Origin: Gemmatimonadales bacterium | Lineage (GTDB): Bacteria; Gemmatimonadota; Gemmatimonadetes; Gemmatimonadales; GWC2-71-9 | Reading direction: 5' to 3' | NCBI GenBank assembly: GCA_035695405.1 | Contig: DASSED010000157.1 | Coordinates: forward strand, 28,407-92,406 | Length of the DNA: 64,000 bases | Shown here: positions 1 to 8,688 of the stretch, one piece after another | Layout: each line of letters opens with the position of its first letter | How positions within the stretch are numbered: the first letter of the stretch is position 1 | Program-made: the position numbers and the translations under genes | Notes under the pieces: model-generated | The model's database searches: none | The model's input: the letters and a program-made list of their open reading frames with translations, nothing else | Told to the model about the DNA's origin: nothing

Positions 1-1105
1 CCCCGATGCAGGGATATCGGGTGGCCCATTCACAGAATCGGAGGCGGATCCGCTCCCCCAAGCGAGCCGCGCGGGCCGGGATCGCCTCCGTCTCCATGGC
101 GTTCAGCACGGCGAGCGCGGCGGCGCAGGCGAGCGGATTCCCGCCATAGGTGCCGCCGAGGCCACCGATTTGGGGAGCCTCCAGCACATCGGCCCTTCCG
201 GTAATTGCAGCGAGCGGCAGCCCGCCGGCGAGCGACTTGGCAGTGGTGATGAGATCCGGTACCAGATCGTAATGCTCGCAAGCGAAGAGCTTCCCGGTCC
301 GGCCAAAGCCGGTCTGGATCTCATCCGCGATGAAGAGGATGCCGTGGTCGCGGGCAAATCCGGCCAGGGCCGTCACGTACTCTGTGGGCGCGGGGACAAA
401 GCCGCCCTCACCCAGCTCCAGCTCCATGATGATCGCTGCCACCGAATCCGGATCGACGATCGAGGCGAACATCTGCTCCAGCCTTTCCCGGCTGGCCATA
501 CAGCAGTCTTCCCCGCTTCCCCGCGTTGGAGCTTCCCCGCAGCGATAGCAGTAGGGGAACGGAATCCGATACACCTCCGGAGCGAACGGCCCGAACCCTT
601 TCTTGTACGGCATCACCTTGGAGGTCAGCGCCATGGCCAGATTGGTACGGCCATGAAACCCGTGCTCGAAGCAGACCACTGCGGACCGGCCGGTGAAATG
701 TCGAGCCACCTTGATCGCGTTCTCCACCGCCTCGGCGCCACTGTTGACCAGAAAGGTGCGCTTGGGATGATCGCCCGGCGTGATCCGATTGAGCCGCTCG
801 GCCAGCTCCACATACGGCTCGTAGGTGGAGACCGGGAAGCACACGTGGGCAAAGTGGTCGAGTTGAGTTTGGACCGCCTCCACCACGGAGGGATGCCGAT
901 GCCCGGTGTTCACCACGCCGATCCCACCCCCGAAGTCGATCAGCCGGTTGCCGTCGGCATCGGTGATGACTGCGCCTTCCGCGTGCACCACCGCGATCGG
1001 CGTGACGGCCGGAACTCCCCGGGGCACCGCCTGAGCCCGGCGCGCCAGCAAAGCCCGGCTCCTCGGGCCGGGGATCTCGGTCACGAGCTGTATCACGCCA
1101 GACAT
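1..1105 (-). CDS. gabT: 4-aminobutyrate (class-III, PLP-dependent) aminotransferase; C-terminus lies beyond the left window edge
   Basis: Absent from the supplied ORF track because the frame stays open to base 1. Manual minus-strand translation from ATG 1105-1103 gives MSGVIQLVTEIPGPRSRALLARRAQAVPRGV..IDFGGGIGVVNTGHRHP..GFHGRTNLAMALT..DEIQTGFGRTGKLFACEHY..TTAKSLAGGLPL, which are typical GabT/class-III motifs. The plus-strand ORF 170..1168 is its antisense shadow. Confidence 0.85.
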   Translation of the reverse strand, partial: MSGVIQLVTEIPGPRSRALLARRAQAVPRGVPAVTPIAVVHAEGAVITDADGNRLIDFGGGIGVVNTGHRHPSVVEAVQTQLDHFAHVCFPVSTYEPYVELAERLNRITPGDHPKRTFLVNSGAEAVENAIKVARHFTGRSAVVCFEHGFHGRTNLAMALTSKVMPYKKGFGPFAPEVYRIPFPYCYRCGEAPTRGSGEDCCMASRERLEQMFASIVDPDSVAAIIMELELGEGGFVPAPTEYVTALAGFARDHGILFIADEIQTGFGRTGKLFACEHYDLVPDLITTAKSLAGGLPLAAITGRADVLEAPQIGGLGGTYGGNPLACAAALAVLNAMETEAIPARAARLGERIRLRFCEWATRYPCIG

Positions 1106-1164
1106 GGGGCCTCACACCGGGAAATTAGAGTGAGCCGTAAGATGTACGAGGGGTCGTCCTTGAG

Positions 1165-1201
1165 GTAAGAGGTGAGAGTGGGCGCTCTTCTCCCCTCTTA
1201 C
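1165..1201. promoter_or_regulatory. Imperfect 13-nt inverted repeat (candidate operator) in the divergent gabT / transporter promoter region
   Basis: GTAAGAGGTGAGA (1165-1177) pairs with TCTCCCCTCTTAC (1189-1201). The outer 8 nt are perfect (GTAAGAGG/CCTCTTAC) and 12 of 13 positions pair overall. It lies between the divergent starts at 1105 and 1257. Confidence 0.3.
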
Positions 1202-1256
1202 TTCCCACTGTAGTTTGTAGCGTTCCTCTTCATACCCTCTGAAGGAGTGACCACCC

Positions 1257-2423
1257 ATGAACTGGCGTATGGGTTTAACCGGATGGGCCGTGCTCCTGAC
1301 GACGGCATGCGGCGGTGGTGACAAACCAGCGGCGGGCGGTACCACGAAGGCAGAAAAGATCTCGATCAACCGGACGAACGACGCCCGAGCCGACGCCCAA
1401 ACCTACCTCAAGCAGCTGTGTCAGAAGCCCATCGGCGGCGAGCTCAACTTCATGGTGTGGGAGGGATACACCGATACGCTCTTCACCCGGCCTTTCGAGG
1501 ATGCCTGCGGGGTCAAGGTGAATGCCACCTACATGGGATCGAGCGACGACCTGGTGGCAAAGCTTCGTGCCGGAGGCGCCGAGACCATCGATATCATCTC
1601 ACCCTCCAGCGACGCGGCCACGGCCATTGTGGAGGCAGGCCTGGCCGCCCCGATCGATCTCTCCCGGGTGCCGAGCTACGAGGATCTGAGCAAGGGGTTC
1701 CGCGAGCTCAAGCTGGTACGCAAGGGCGATTCAGTCTACGGCATCCCATGGGCGTTCGGTCCCAACCCGCTGATCTACGACACCAGCAAGGTCAAGGCGG
1801 CTCCCACCAGCTGGGGCGAGCTCTGGGACAAGAAGTACCGCAGCAAGCTCTCACTCCAGGACGACATCGCCACCCTTTACATGGTGGCCCAGTATCTCGG
1901 CATGGACGATCCCAAGGATCAGAGCCATCTCTACAACTTGTCCGACGCGGATCTGGCGAAGGTTAAAGCTAAGATGCTCGAGCTGCGTCCCAACGTGCGG
2001 AAGTATTGGGTCACGGCCGGTGACATGACCCAGCTGTTCCAGAGCGGTGAGGTCGTGATGGGTGAGGGCTGGCCGCTCATGACCAATCAGCTTCGTCAAG
2101 CCAAGTTCCCCGCCGGCGAGACCATCCCCAAGGAGGGCACTACTGCCTGGGCGGATCATTTCATGCTGACCAAGGGCGCCAAGAATCTGGATGCCGCTTA
2201 CGCGTGGCTGGAATACTCGGCCCAGCCGTTTACTCAGAAGCTGCTCTATGACGTGACGGCCTACATCGTCGCGAATCCCGACGCGAAGAGTTATATGACC
2301 AAGGAACAGTCCGCCAGCCAGCGGGACATCTCGGATTACGGCACCAAGGTCAACTTCTGGCAATGGAGCCCGCGGCGGGAGAAGTATCAGGAGATCTGGA
2401 ACGAGGTGAAGGCAGGAAAGTGA
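1257..2423 (+). CDS. Spermidine/putrescine-type ABC transporter periplasmic substrate-binding lipoprotein (PotD/PotF family)
   Basis: ORF 1257..2423. GAAGGAG RBS at 1241-1247. Lipoprotein signal LLTTAC-GGG. Family-1 polyamine-binding-like body (FMVWEGYTD, GIPWAFGPNPLIYD, WADHFML). Confidence 0.85.
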   Translation: MNWRMGLTGWAVLLTTACGGGDKPAAGGTTKAEKISINRTNDARADAQTYLKQLCQKPIGGELNFMVWEGYTDTLFTRPFEDACGVKVNATYMGSSDDLVAKLRAGGAETIDIISPSSDAATAIVEAGLAAPIDLSRVPSYEDLSKGFRELKLVRKGDSVYGIPWAFGPNPLIYDTSKVKAAPTSWGELWDKKYRSKLSLQDDIATLYMVAQYLGMDDPKDQSHLYNLSDADLAKVKAKMLELRPNVRKYWVTAGDMTQLFQSGEVVMGEGWPLMTNQLRQAKFPAGETIPKEGTTAWADHFMLTKGAKNLDAAYAWLEYSAQPFTQKLLYDVTAYIVANPDAKSYMTKEQSASQRDISDYGTKVNFWQWSPRREKYQEIWNEVKAGK

Positions 2424-2424
2424 A

Positions 2425-3502
<1,078 letters not shown>

Positions 3503-3516
<14 letters not shown>

Positions 3517-4450
3517 ACAGAGGTCAGTCCTGGACCTGATCCGGGCGCGACCGGGACTCCAGACCTTTCTTGCGGCAGCAGTTCCGGTCGGCTTCGTCGC
3601 GACGCTCCTGCTGATACCCTACGTGCTGCTCCTGGTGCAGTCGTTTTGGCGGCTTCAGGGCGGTTTCATCACCCACGAGTTCACCCTAGAGAACTATCGC
3701 CGGCTCTTCGGGACCGACCTCTACCCCAACACCATCCTGTTCTCGGCCGGCATCGCCCTCAGGGTCACGCTCTTCTCGCTGCTCCTGGCCTATCCTCTCG
3801 CGTATCTCCTGGCCTTCAAGGTGAAGCGCCACCGGAACCTCATGTACATGGCGGTCATTATTCCGCTCTGGGTGAGCTACCTGGTGCGCGCCTATGCCTG
3901 GAAGATCATCCTGGGACAGGAAGGCATTCTGAACGGCTTGCTCCAGGCCGGCGGCTTGATTCATCAGCCGCTGGCATTTCTGCTGTACAGCCGCTGGGCC
4001 GTGATCCTGGCCCTGACCCACATCTACACCCCGTTCACCCTGATGCCCATCTACGCGGTGCTCGAGGCCATGCCGCCGGCGCTGAAAGAGGCGAGCCAGG
4101 ATCTGTATGCCAACCGCTGGCAGACCTTCTTAAGAGTGGTGCTGCCTCTGTCTCTGCCCGGAGTGTTGGCCGGATCCACCTTTGCGTTCGTGCTGAGCAT
4201 GGGCGACTTCCTCGCTCCCCAGCTACTCGGCGGAAACGACAGCGCGTTGATGGTCTCGAACCTGGTCTGGAGTCTCTTCGGCGTGGCGTACAACTGGCCC
4301 CTGGGGGCCGCGGTCTCTGTTATCGTGCTGGCGCTGACCCTCTTCCTGCTCTGGTTGGCGAACAAACTGGAGTCGCGCTCCAACTACGGCGGTGAGGTGG
4401 AGGGGCGGACCGCGGGGCAGGTCATCGCGACGACCCGAGGGGGCAAATGA
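3503..4450 (+). CDS. potB: ABC transporter permease (PotB-like)
   Basis: Six-TM MetI-type permease with the EAA-like loop (LKEASQDLYANRWQTFLRVVLPLSLPG). The track ORF starts at 3236, inside potA. GTG 3503 (14-nt overlap with the potA stop at 3516) is the most plausible start but remains uncertain. Confidence 0.8.
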
Positions 4451-5271
4451 GACGGACCACCCGTCCGCCGGACCGCCTGTCTGCCGCATTATGGGCCGCC
4501 GGGATGGCGGCGTTCGCCTTCATATATCTCCCCCTGGTCGTAGTCATCATCTATGCCTTCCACGACTCGCCCATCATCGCATGGCCGCTTCAACTGGGCA
4601 CCCTGAGGTGGTTTACCGCCCTGGCTCACGACCGCGGCATGATTGCCGCCGCAATCGCCAGCCTCAAGCTGGCGCTTCTGGCCGTGGCCATCGCGCTCCT
4701 GGTGGGAGTGCCGGGGGCCTTCGTGCTGGACCGGCACCAGTTTCCCGGTAAGACGGCGTTCCGCCGGCTGGTGCTGCTGCCGCTCATCCTGCCCGGCATC
4801 ATTACCGGTGTCGCCCTGCTCAGCTTCTTCAGCTTCGTGAAGCTCAGCCTCTCCAGTGGCTTCCCCTGGGTTCCGGGCTGGCCGGTTGTGCTGGGACATG
4901 CTGCCGCCCTCACCTCGGTAGTCATTACCCAGGTCTTTGCCCGGCTCCAGCGGCTGGATCGGGCTCAGGAGGAGGCGAGCCAGGATCTATACGCCAACGA
5001 GTGGCGGACCTTCTGGAACGTCACCTTCCCCAACATCAGAACCGCGGTCCTGGGCGCGGGACTGCTGGTTTTTACACTGAGCCTTGATGAGATCGCGGTG
5101 ACGTTCTTCCTGATCGGCCGGCAGAACACGTTGCCGCTTCAGATCTGGGGCCTGCTCCGACGGGGTATAACCCCAGAGGTAAATGCCGCAGCCACGGTCA
5201 TTTTCGCCATCTCAGTGGGGGTCATCGTGATCTGGGCCCGGCTGCTTCGTGAGGATGAGCCGGCTCGATAA
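4447..5271 (+). CDS. potC: ABC transporter permease (PotC-like)
   Basis: ATGA start/stop overlap with potB. Permease with the EAA-like loop (EEASQDLYANEWRTFWNVTFPNI). Confidence 0.85.
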   Translation: MRRTTRPPDRLSAALWAAGMAAFAFIYLPLVVVIIYAFHDSPIIAWPLQLGTLRWFTALAHDRGMIAAAIASLKLALLAVAIALLVGVPGAFVLDRHQFPGKTAFRRLVLLPLILPGIITGVALLSFFSFVKLSLSSGFPWVPGWPVVLGHAAALTSVVITQVFARLQRLDRAQEEASQDLYANEWRTFWNVTFPNIRTAVLGAGLLVFTLSLDEIAVTFFLIGRQNTLPLQIWGLLRRGITPEVNAAATVIFAISVGVIVIWARLLREDEPAR

Positions 5272-5296
5272 CCGAAGCAACGCCGTAGCCAATTAG

Positions 5297-5312
5297 GTGC
5301 ATATCTATGCAC
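5297..5312. promoter_or_regulatory. Perfect 7-2-7 palindrome GTGCATA-TC-TATGCAC in a locally AT-rich stretch (candidate operator/promoter element)
   Basis: Read directly from the sequence. It sits in the AT-rich part (about 5285-5390) of the 364-nt gap between potC and the next gene. Confidence 0.3.
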
Positions 5313-5635
5313 TAAACCGCGTGCCACCTCCTATCTCCTTTGTTGCTCGTAAGTTAGTCCCGCATATAAAGTTTCGTCCGACTGGTCTGCCAAAGGCAGG
5401 GTGACGGGGGGACTGGACAGGGGGTGGGGGGTCAGAGCTACTATGGCAGGGTGCCGGCCTCCCCCGGAGGCGGGTACGTTTGCATCCTCCGACCAAGCGG
5501 AGGGTCCACTCTCACAGCTGACGATCTCCTTGAGCTGTGAGCCCCCATCAGCGGCGGGGGCGAGGCTTCGCAGGCGACAGGGTTCCGCCGTCGGGGCCAG
5601 ACCGAGTGCCGCGCCAACAATGAAAAGAGGAGTTT

Positions 5636-6874
5636 GTGAAAGTCCTGGTGTTGGGCGCCGGCGCGGTGGGGACCGTGTCCGCCCTCAAATTCGTGCAGGA
5701 AGCGATGCTCGAGAAGCTCGTCATCGCCGACGCGGTGTCCGCCCGCGCCTCCCTCCTTGCGGACCGGCTCGATGATCACCGGGTTTCGGCATTATGTCTC
5801 GATGCCGGCGATCGAGCGGCAATAGCCCGAAGTATCCGTCAGAACGGTATAACGATGGTCCTGAACGCGGCGCTGCCGGCGACCAATATCGCTGTTATGC
5901 GCGCCTGCCTGGAAGCAGGCTGCGACTACATCGATCTCGCCAGCGCCGGTACCGATGCGGATGGCATTCCGAAGATGGAAGACCAGTTCGCCCTGGATGC
6001 CGAGTTCAAGGCCGCCGGTCGGTTGGCCCTGCTGGGGATGGGGGCTGATCCCGGAACCACCAATGTGTATGCCGCCTACGCGGCCACGCACCTGCTCGAT
6101 ACTGTCACCGAGTTGCGGGTGCGGGACGGCGATAACTCCGTGTGCCTGGGGCACGACGGTTTTCTCGCCGCATTCAGTCCCTGGGTGATGATCGACGAGT
6201 GTCTGTGCAAGGCCGTGAGCTACAAAAACGGCCGCTACTTTCTCGAGGAGCCGCTTACTGGCCTGGAAGCGTTCGATTTCCCCGAGTTGGGGGTCCTCAA
6301 ATGCTATTACGTGGACCATGAGGAGTCCAAGACGCTCCCCCGGTTCTTTCCCCATGCGCGAGTGATCGACTTCAAGCTCTGCATGGGCGATGAAACCGTG
6401 GAGACGCTTCGAGTCATGAAGCGTCTGGGTCTGTCCGGCAAAGATAGGATCCGGGTGGGAGATCAGTCGGTCGCGCCTCGCGATCTGGTGGTCTCGTTGC
6501 TTCCCGATCCCCGGGACCTGGCCGGTCGTCTCCACGGCAAGACCTGCGTGGGAACGCTGGCGAAGGGATTCAAGAACGGTGAGCCGAAGGCGTACTACAT
6601 CTATAACGTCGCCGACCACCAGGCTGCCTACGAGGAGCTCGGCGTTCAGGCCACCGCGTACCAGACCGGAATCCCTCCCGTCATTGCGGCGTGCCTGATC
6701 TCCCGCGGAGTCTGGCGCGGGACCGGCGTGATGTCGCCGGAACAGTTCAACCCTGATCCGTTCCTTCAGCGGCTCACCCGCGAGGGCATGCCCTGGCACG
6801 TTCGGGAGGACACCGCTCGGTTGGAAGTGCCCCGTGCCCCGCTTCGTCCCTCTCGGGAAACGGTCGCGGCTTAG
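5636..6874 (+). CDS. Saccharopine dehydrogenase family NAD(P)-binding protein (substrate not assignable)
   Basis: GTG start with AAGAGGAG RBS at 5624-5631. N-terminal Rossmann motif MKVLVLGAGAVGTV. Length and layout (..CLEAGCDYIDLAS..) match the saccharopine / carboxynorspermidine dehydrogenase family. Confidence 0.8.
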   Translation: MKVLVLGAGAVGTVSALKFVQEAMLEKLVIADAVSARASLLADRLDDHRVSALCLDAGDRAAIARSIRQNGITMVLNAALPATNIAVMRACLEAGCDYIDLASAGTDADGIPKMEDQFALDAEFKAAGRLALLGMGADPGTTNVYAAYAATHLLDTVTELRVRDGDNSVCLGHDGFLAAFSPWVMIDECLCKAVSYKNGRYFLEEPLTGLEAFDFPELGVLKCYYVDHEESKTLPRFFPHARVIDFKLCMGDETVETLRVMKRLGLSGKDRIRVGDQSVAPRDLVVSLLPDPRDLAGRLHGKTCVGTLAKGFKNGEPKAYYIYNVADHQAAYEELGVQATAYQTGIPPVIAACLISRGVWRGTGVMSPEQFNPDPFLQRLTREGMPWHVREDTARLEVPRAPLRPSRETVAA

Positions 6875-6892
6875 GGAACCGGCTCAATCAGC

Positions 6893-6937
6893 CAAAAAAC
6901 CAGGCCTGCTCTAGTAGAGCGGGCCTGGTTTTGGTTT
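6893..6937 (+). terminator. Rho-independent terminator (potentially bidirectional: A-tract, stem-loop, T-tract)
   Basis: AAAAAA-CCAGGCCTGCTC-TAGTA-GAGCGGGCCTGG-TTTTGGTTT, about 20 nt after the stop at 6872-6874. Confidence 0.7.
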
Positions 6938-7087
6938 CCGGGCACTCGGGTGCTGGTCCGACGGGTCTGTAAGTCGGCCATCGCTTCCATAAGGTCAGGC
7001 CGAGCATTCAGCCATCAATCCTTTTGTGCTAATTTCCCCGAGACCCCAGCTGATGCTGAACCGACCCTTCTGATGGTGGAGCACGCT

Positions 7088-8587
7088 ATGACCAGCACGG
7101 CTACAGCACCGGGCAAGCGACCCAAGTCCCAAGTTGCCCGGTACCAGATGTACATCGACGGAAAGTTCGTCGATGCCAAAAACGGCAAGACCTTCGACGT
7201 TTTCGATCCCGCCACTGAGCAGGTTATCGCCACCTGTCCCGCTGGCGACAGCACCGATATAGACCTGGCCGCCAAGGCGGCCCATAAAGCATTCTACGAT
7301 AGCTGGAAAGCAGTCACCGCTCAGGAGCGGGGCCGGATTCTCCTTCGGCTGGCTGAGCGGATCCGCGCTCGGCGCGCCGAGCTGGCCGAATTGGAGACCC
7401 GAAACTCGGGCAAGCCGATCGTCGAATCCGAGTTCGATATGGACGACACCGCCACATGCTTCGAGTACTACGGCGGCCTCGCCACCAAGATCAACGGCGA
7501 AGTACTGCCGGTTCCGGCGGATGCGGTGTCCTTGGCCCTGCGGGAGCCGGTGGGCGTCGCGGGGCAGATCATTCCCTGGAACTATCCCATCATGATGGCG
7601 GCGTGGAAGATCGCTCCCGCCCTCGCGGCGGGCTGTACCGTCGTTCTCAAGCCCGCCGAGCAGACCCCCCTTTCGATTCTCGAGCTGGCCAAGGACTTCG
7701 AGTCGGTGGGGCTTCCGCCAGGAGTGGTGAACATCGTCACCGGCGACGGTCCCTCAGCGGGCGCCCCGCTGGTGGCCCATCCCTCAGTGCGAAAGATCGC
7801 TTTCACTGGCAGCGCCGAAGTGGGCAAGCTCATCATGCGGAACGCCGCGGATCAGCTCAAGCGGGTATCACTCGAGCTGGGAGGAAAATCGCCCAACATC
7901 TTTTTCGCCGATGCCGACTTCGAGAATGCAGTCGATGGTGCCCTGTTCGGTACCTTCATCAACCAGGGCGAGGTCTGCTCCGCCGGGAGCCGGGTCCTGG
8001 TGCAGAAGGACATCTACAAGAAGTTTGTGGACGCCACCGCGGCCAAGGCCAAGACCATCAAGCTGGGCAACGGGCTGGACCGGGAGACCAAGATGGGTCC
8101 GCTGGTGAGCGCCGAGCAGCGGGACCGCGTGGCTCGGTATCTCCAGGTGGGCCGGGGTGAGGGGAAAGTTGCAGTGGGCGGCGGAACCCCGAAGCAGTTC
8201 GACAAAGGCTGGTACGTCGAGCCCACCATCTTCTACGACGTGGACAACTCGGCCAAGATCGCCCAGGAAGAAATCTTCGGTCCGGTCATGACGGTGATTC
8301 CCTTCACCGATGAGGCCGACGCCATCAGGATCGCCAACGAGACCCCCTACGGCTTAGCCGCCGCGGTCTGGACCCGCGACATCTACAAGGCGTTCCGGGT
8401 GGTGAAGGCGCTTGAAGCCGGCATCGTCTGGGTCAACCACATGCAACCCACCTATGTCGAGGCTCCCTGGGGCGGCTATAAGGCCTCAGGCTTCGGCCGG
8501 GAGCTGGGTCGCTGGGGCGTGGAGGAGTACCTGGAGACCAAACAGGTGTACATCAATCTGGATGAGAAGCCGATTGGATGGTATTAG
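7088..8587 (+). CDS. NAD(P)-dependent aldehyde dehydrogenase (betaine-aldehyde / aminobutyraldehyde dehydrogenase-like)
   Basis: Catalytic motifs LELGGKSP and FINQGEVCSAGSR, plus EEIFGPV. The track ORF begins at 6950, but ATG 7088 (GGTGGAG RBS) gives the usual N-terminus (MTSTA..YQMYIDGKFVD). Confidence 0.9.
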   Translation: MTSTATAPGKRPKSQVARYQMYIDGKFVDAKNGKTFDVFDPATEQVIATCPAGDSTDIDLAAKAAHKAFYDSWKAVTAQERGRILLRLAERIRARRAELAELETRNSGKPIVESEFDMDDTATCFEYYGGLATKINGEVLPVPADAVSLALREPVGVAGQIIPWNYPIMMAAWKIAPALAAGCTVVLKPAEQTPLSILELAKDFESVGLPPGVVNIVTGDGPSAGAPLVAHPSVRKIAFTGSAEVGKLIMRNAADQLKRVSLELGGKSPNIFFADADFENAVDGALFGTFINQGEVCSAGSRVLVQKDIYKKFVDATAAKAKTIKLGNGLDRETKMGPLVSAEQRDRVARYLQVGRGEGKVAVGGGTPKQFDKGWYVEPTIFYDVDNSAKIAQEEIFGPVMTVIPFTDEADAIRIANETPYGLAAAVWTRDIYKAFRVVKALEAGIVWVNHMQPTYVEAPWGGYKASGFGRELGRWGVEEYLETKQVYINLDEKPIGWY

Positions 8588-8591
8588 AGGA

Positions 8592-8685
8592 GTCGCCAGT
8601 CGTCAGTTGTCAGTCGCGAGCTTAAGTCGCGCGTTATCCATGGTGCAGGTGCTTTGAGACTGTCTGGCGACTGACGACTGACGAC
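8592..8685. repeat. Heptad-repeat (NNNAGTC-type) inverted repeat forming a 19-bp stem between convergent genes
   Basis: 8599-8617 GTCGTCAGTTGTCAGTCGC pairs with 8667-8685 GCGACTGACGACTGACGAC (18 Watson-Crick pairs plus 1 G-T). GTCGCCAG (8592-8599) also pairs with CTGGCGAC (8664-8671). Both arms are built of 7-nt units. Confidence 0.6.
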
Positions 8686-8688
8686 ACC

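Noticed and set aside
170-1168. 332-aa plus-strand ORF
   Set aside because: It is the antisense shadow of the gabT gene. The minus strand gives clean class-III aminotransferase motifs, while this ORF is Arg/Gly/His-rich with no recognisable domain. Long spurious antisense ORFs are expected in high-GC DNA.
5579-5610. AGGGTTCCG ... ACCGAG, resembling the 5-prime half of the ykkC (guanidine-I / PRPP / ppGpp) riboswitch core
   Set aside because: The conserved 3-prime half (ACGG..GGGA-AAAAGCCCGGGAG) is absent because the coding start follows within about 30 nt. Partial matches of this length are expected by chance in GC-rich sequence.
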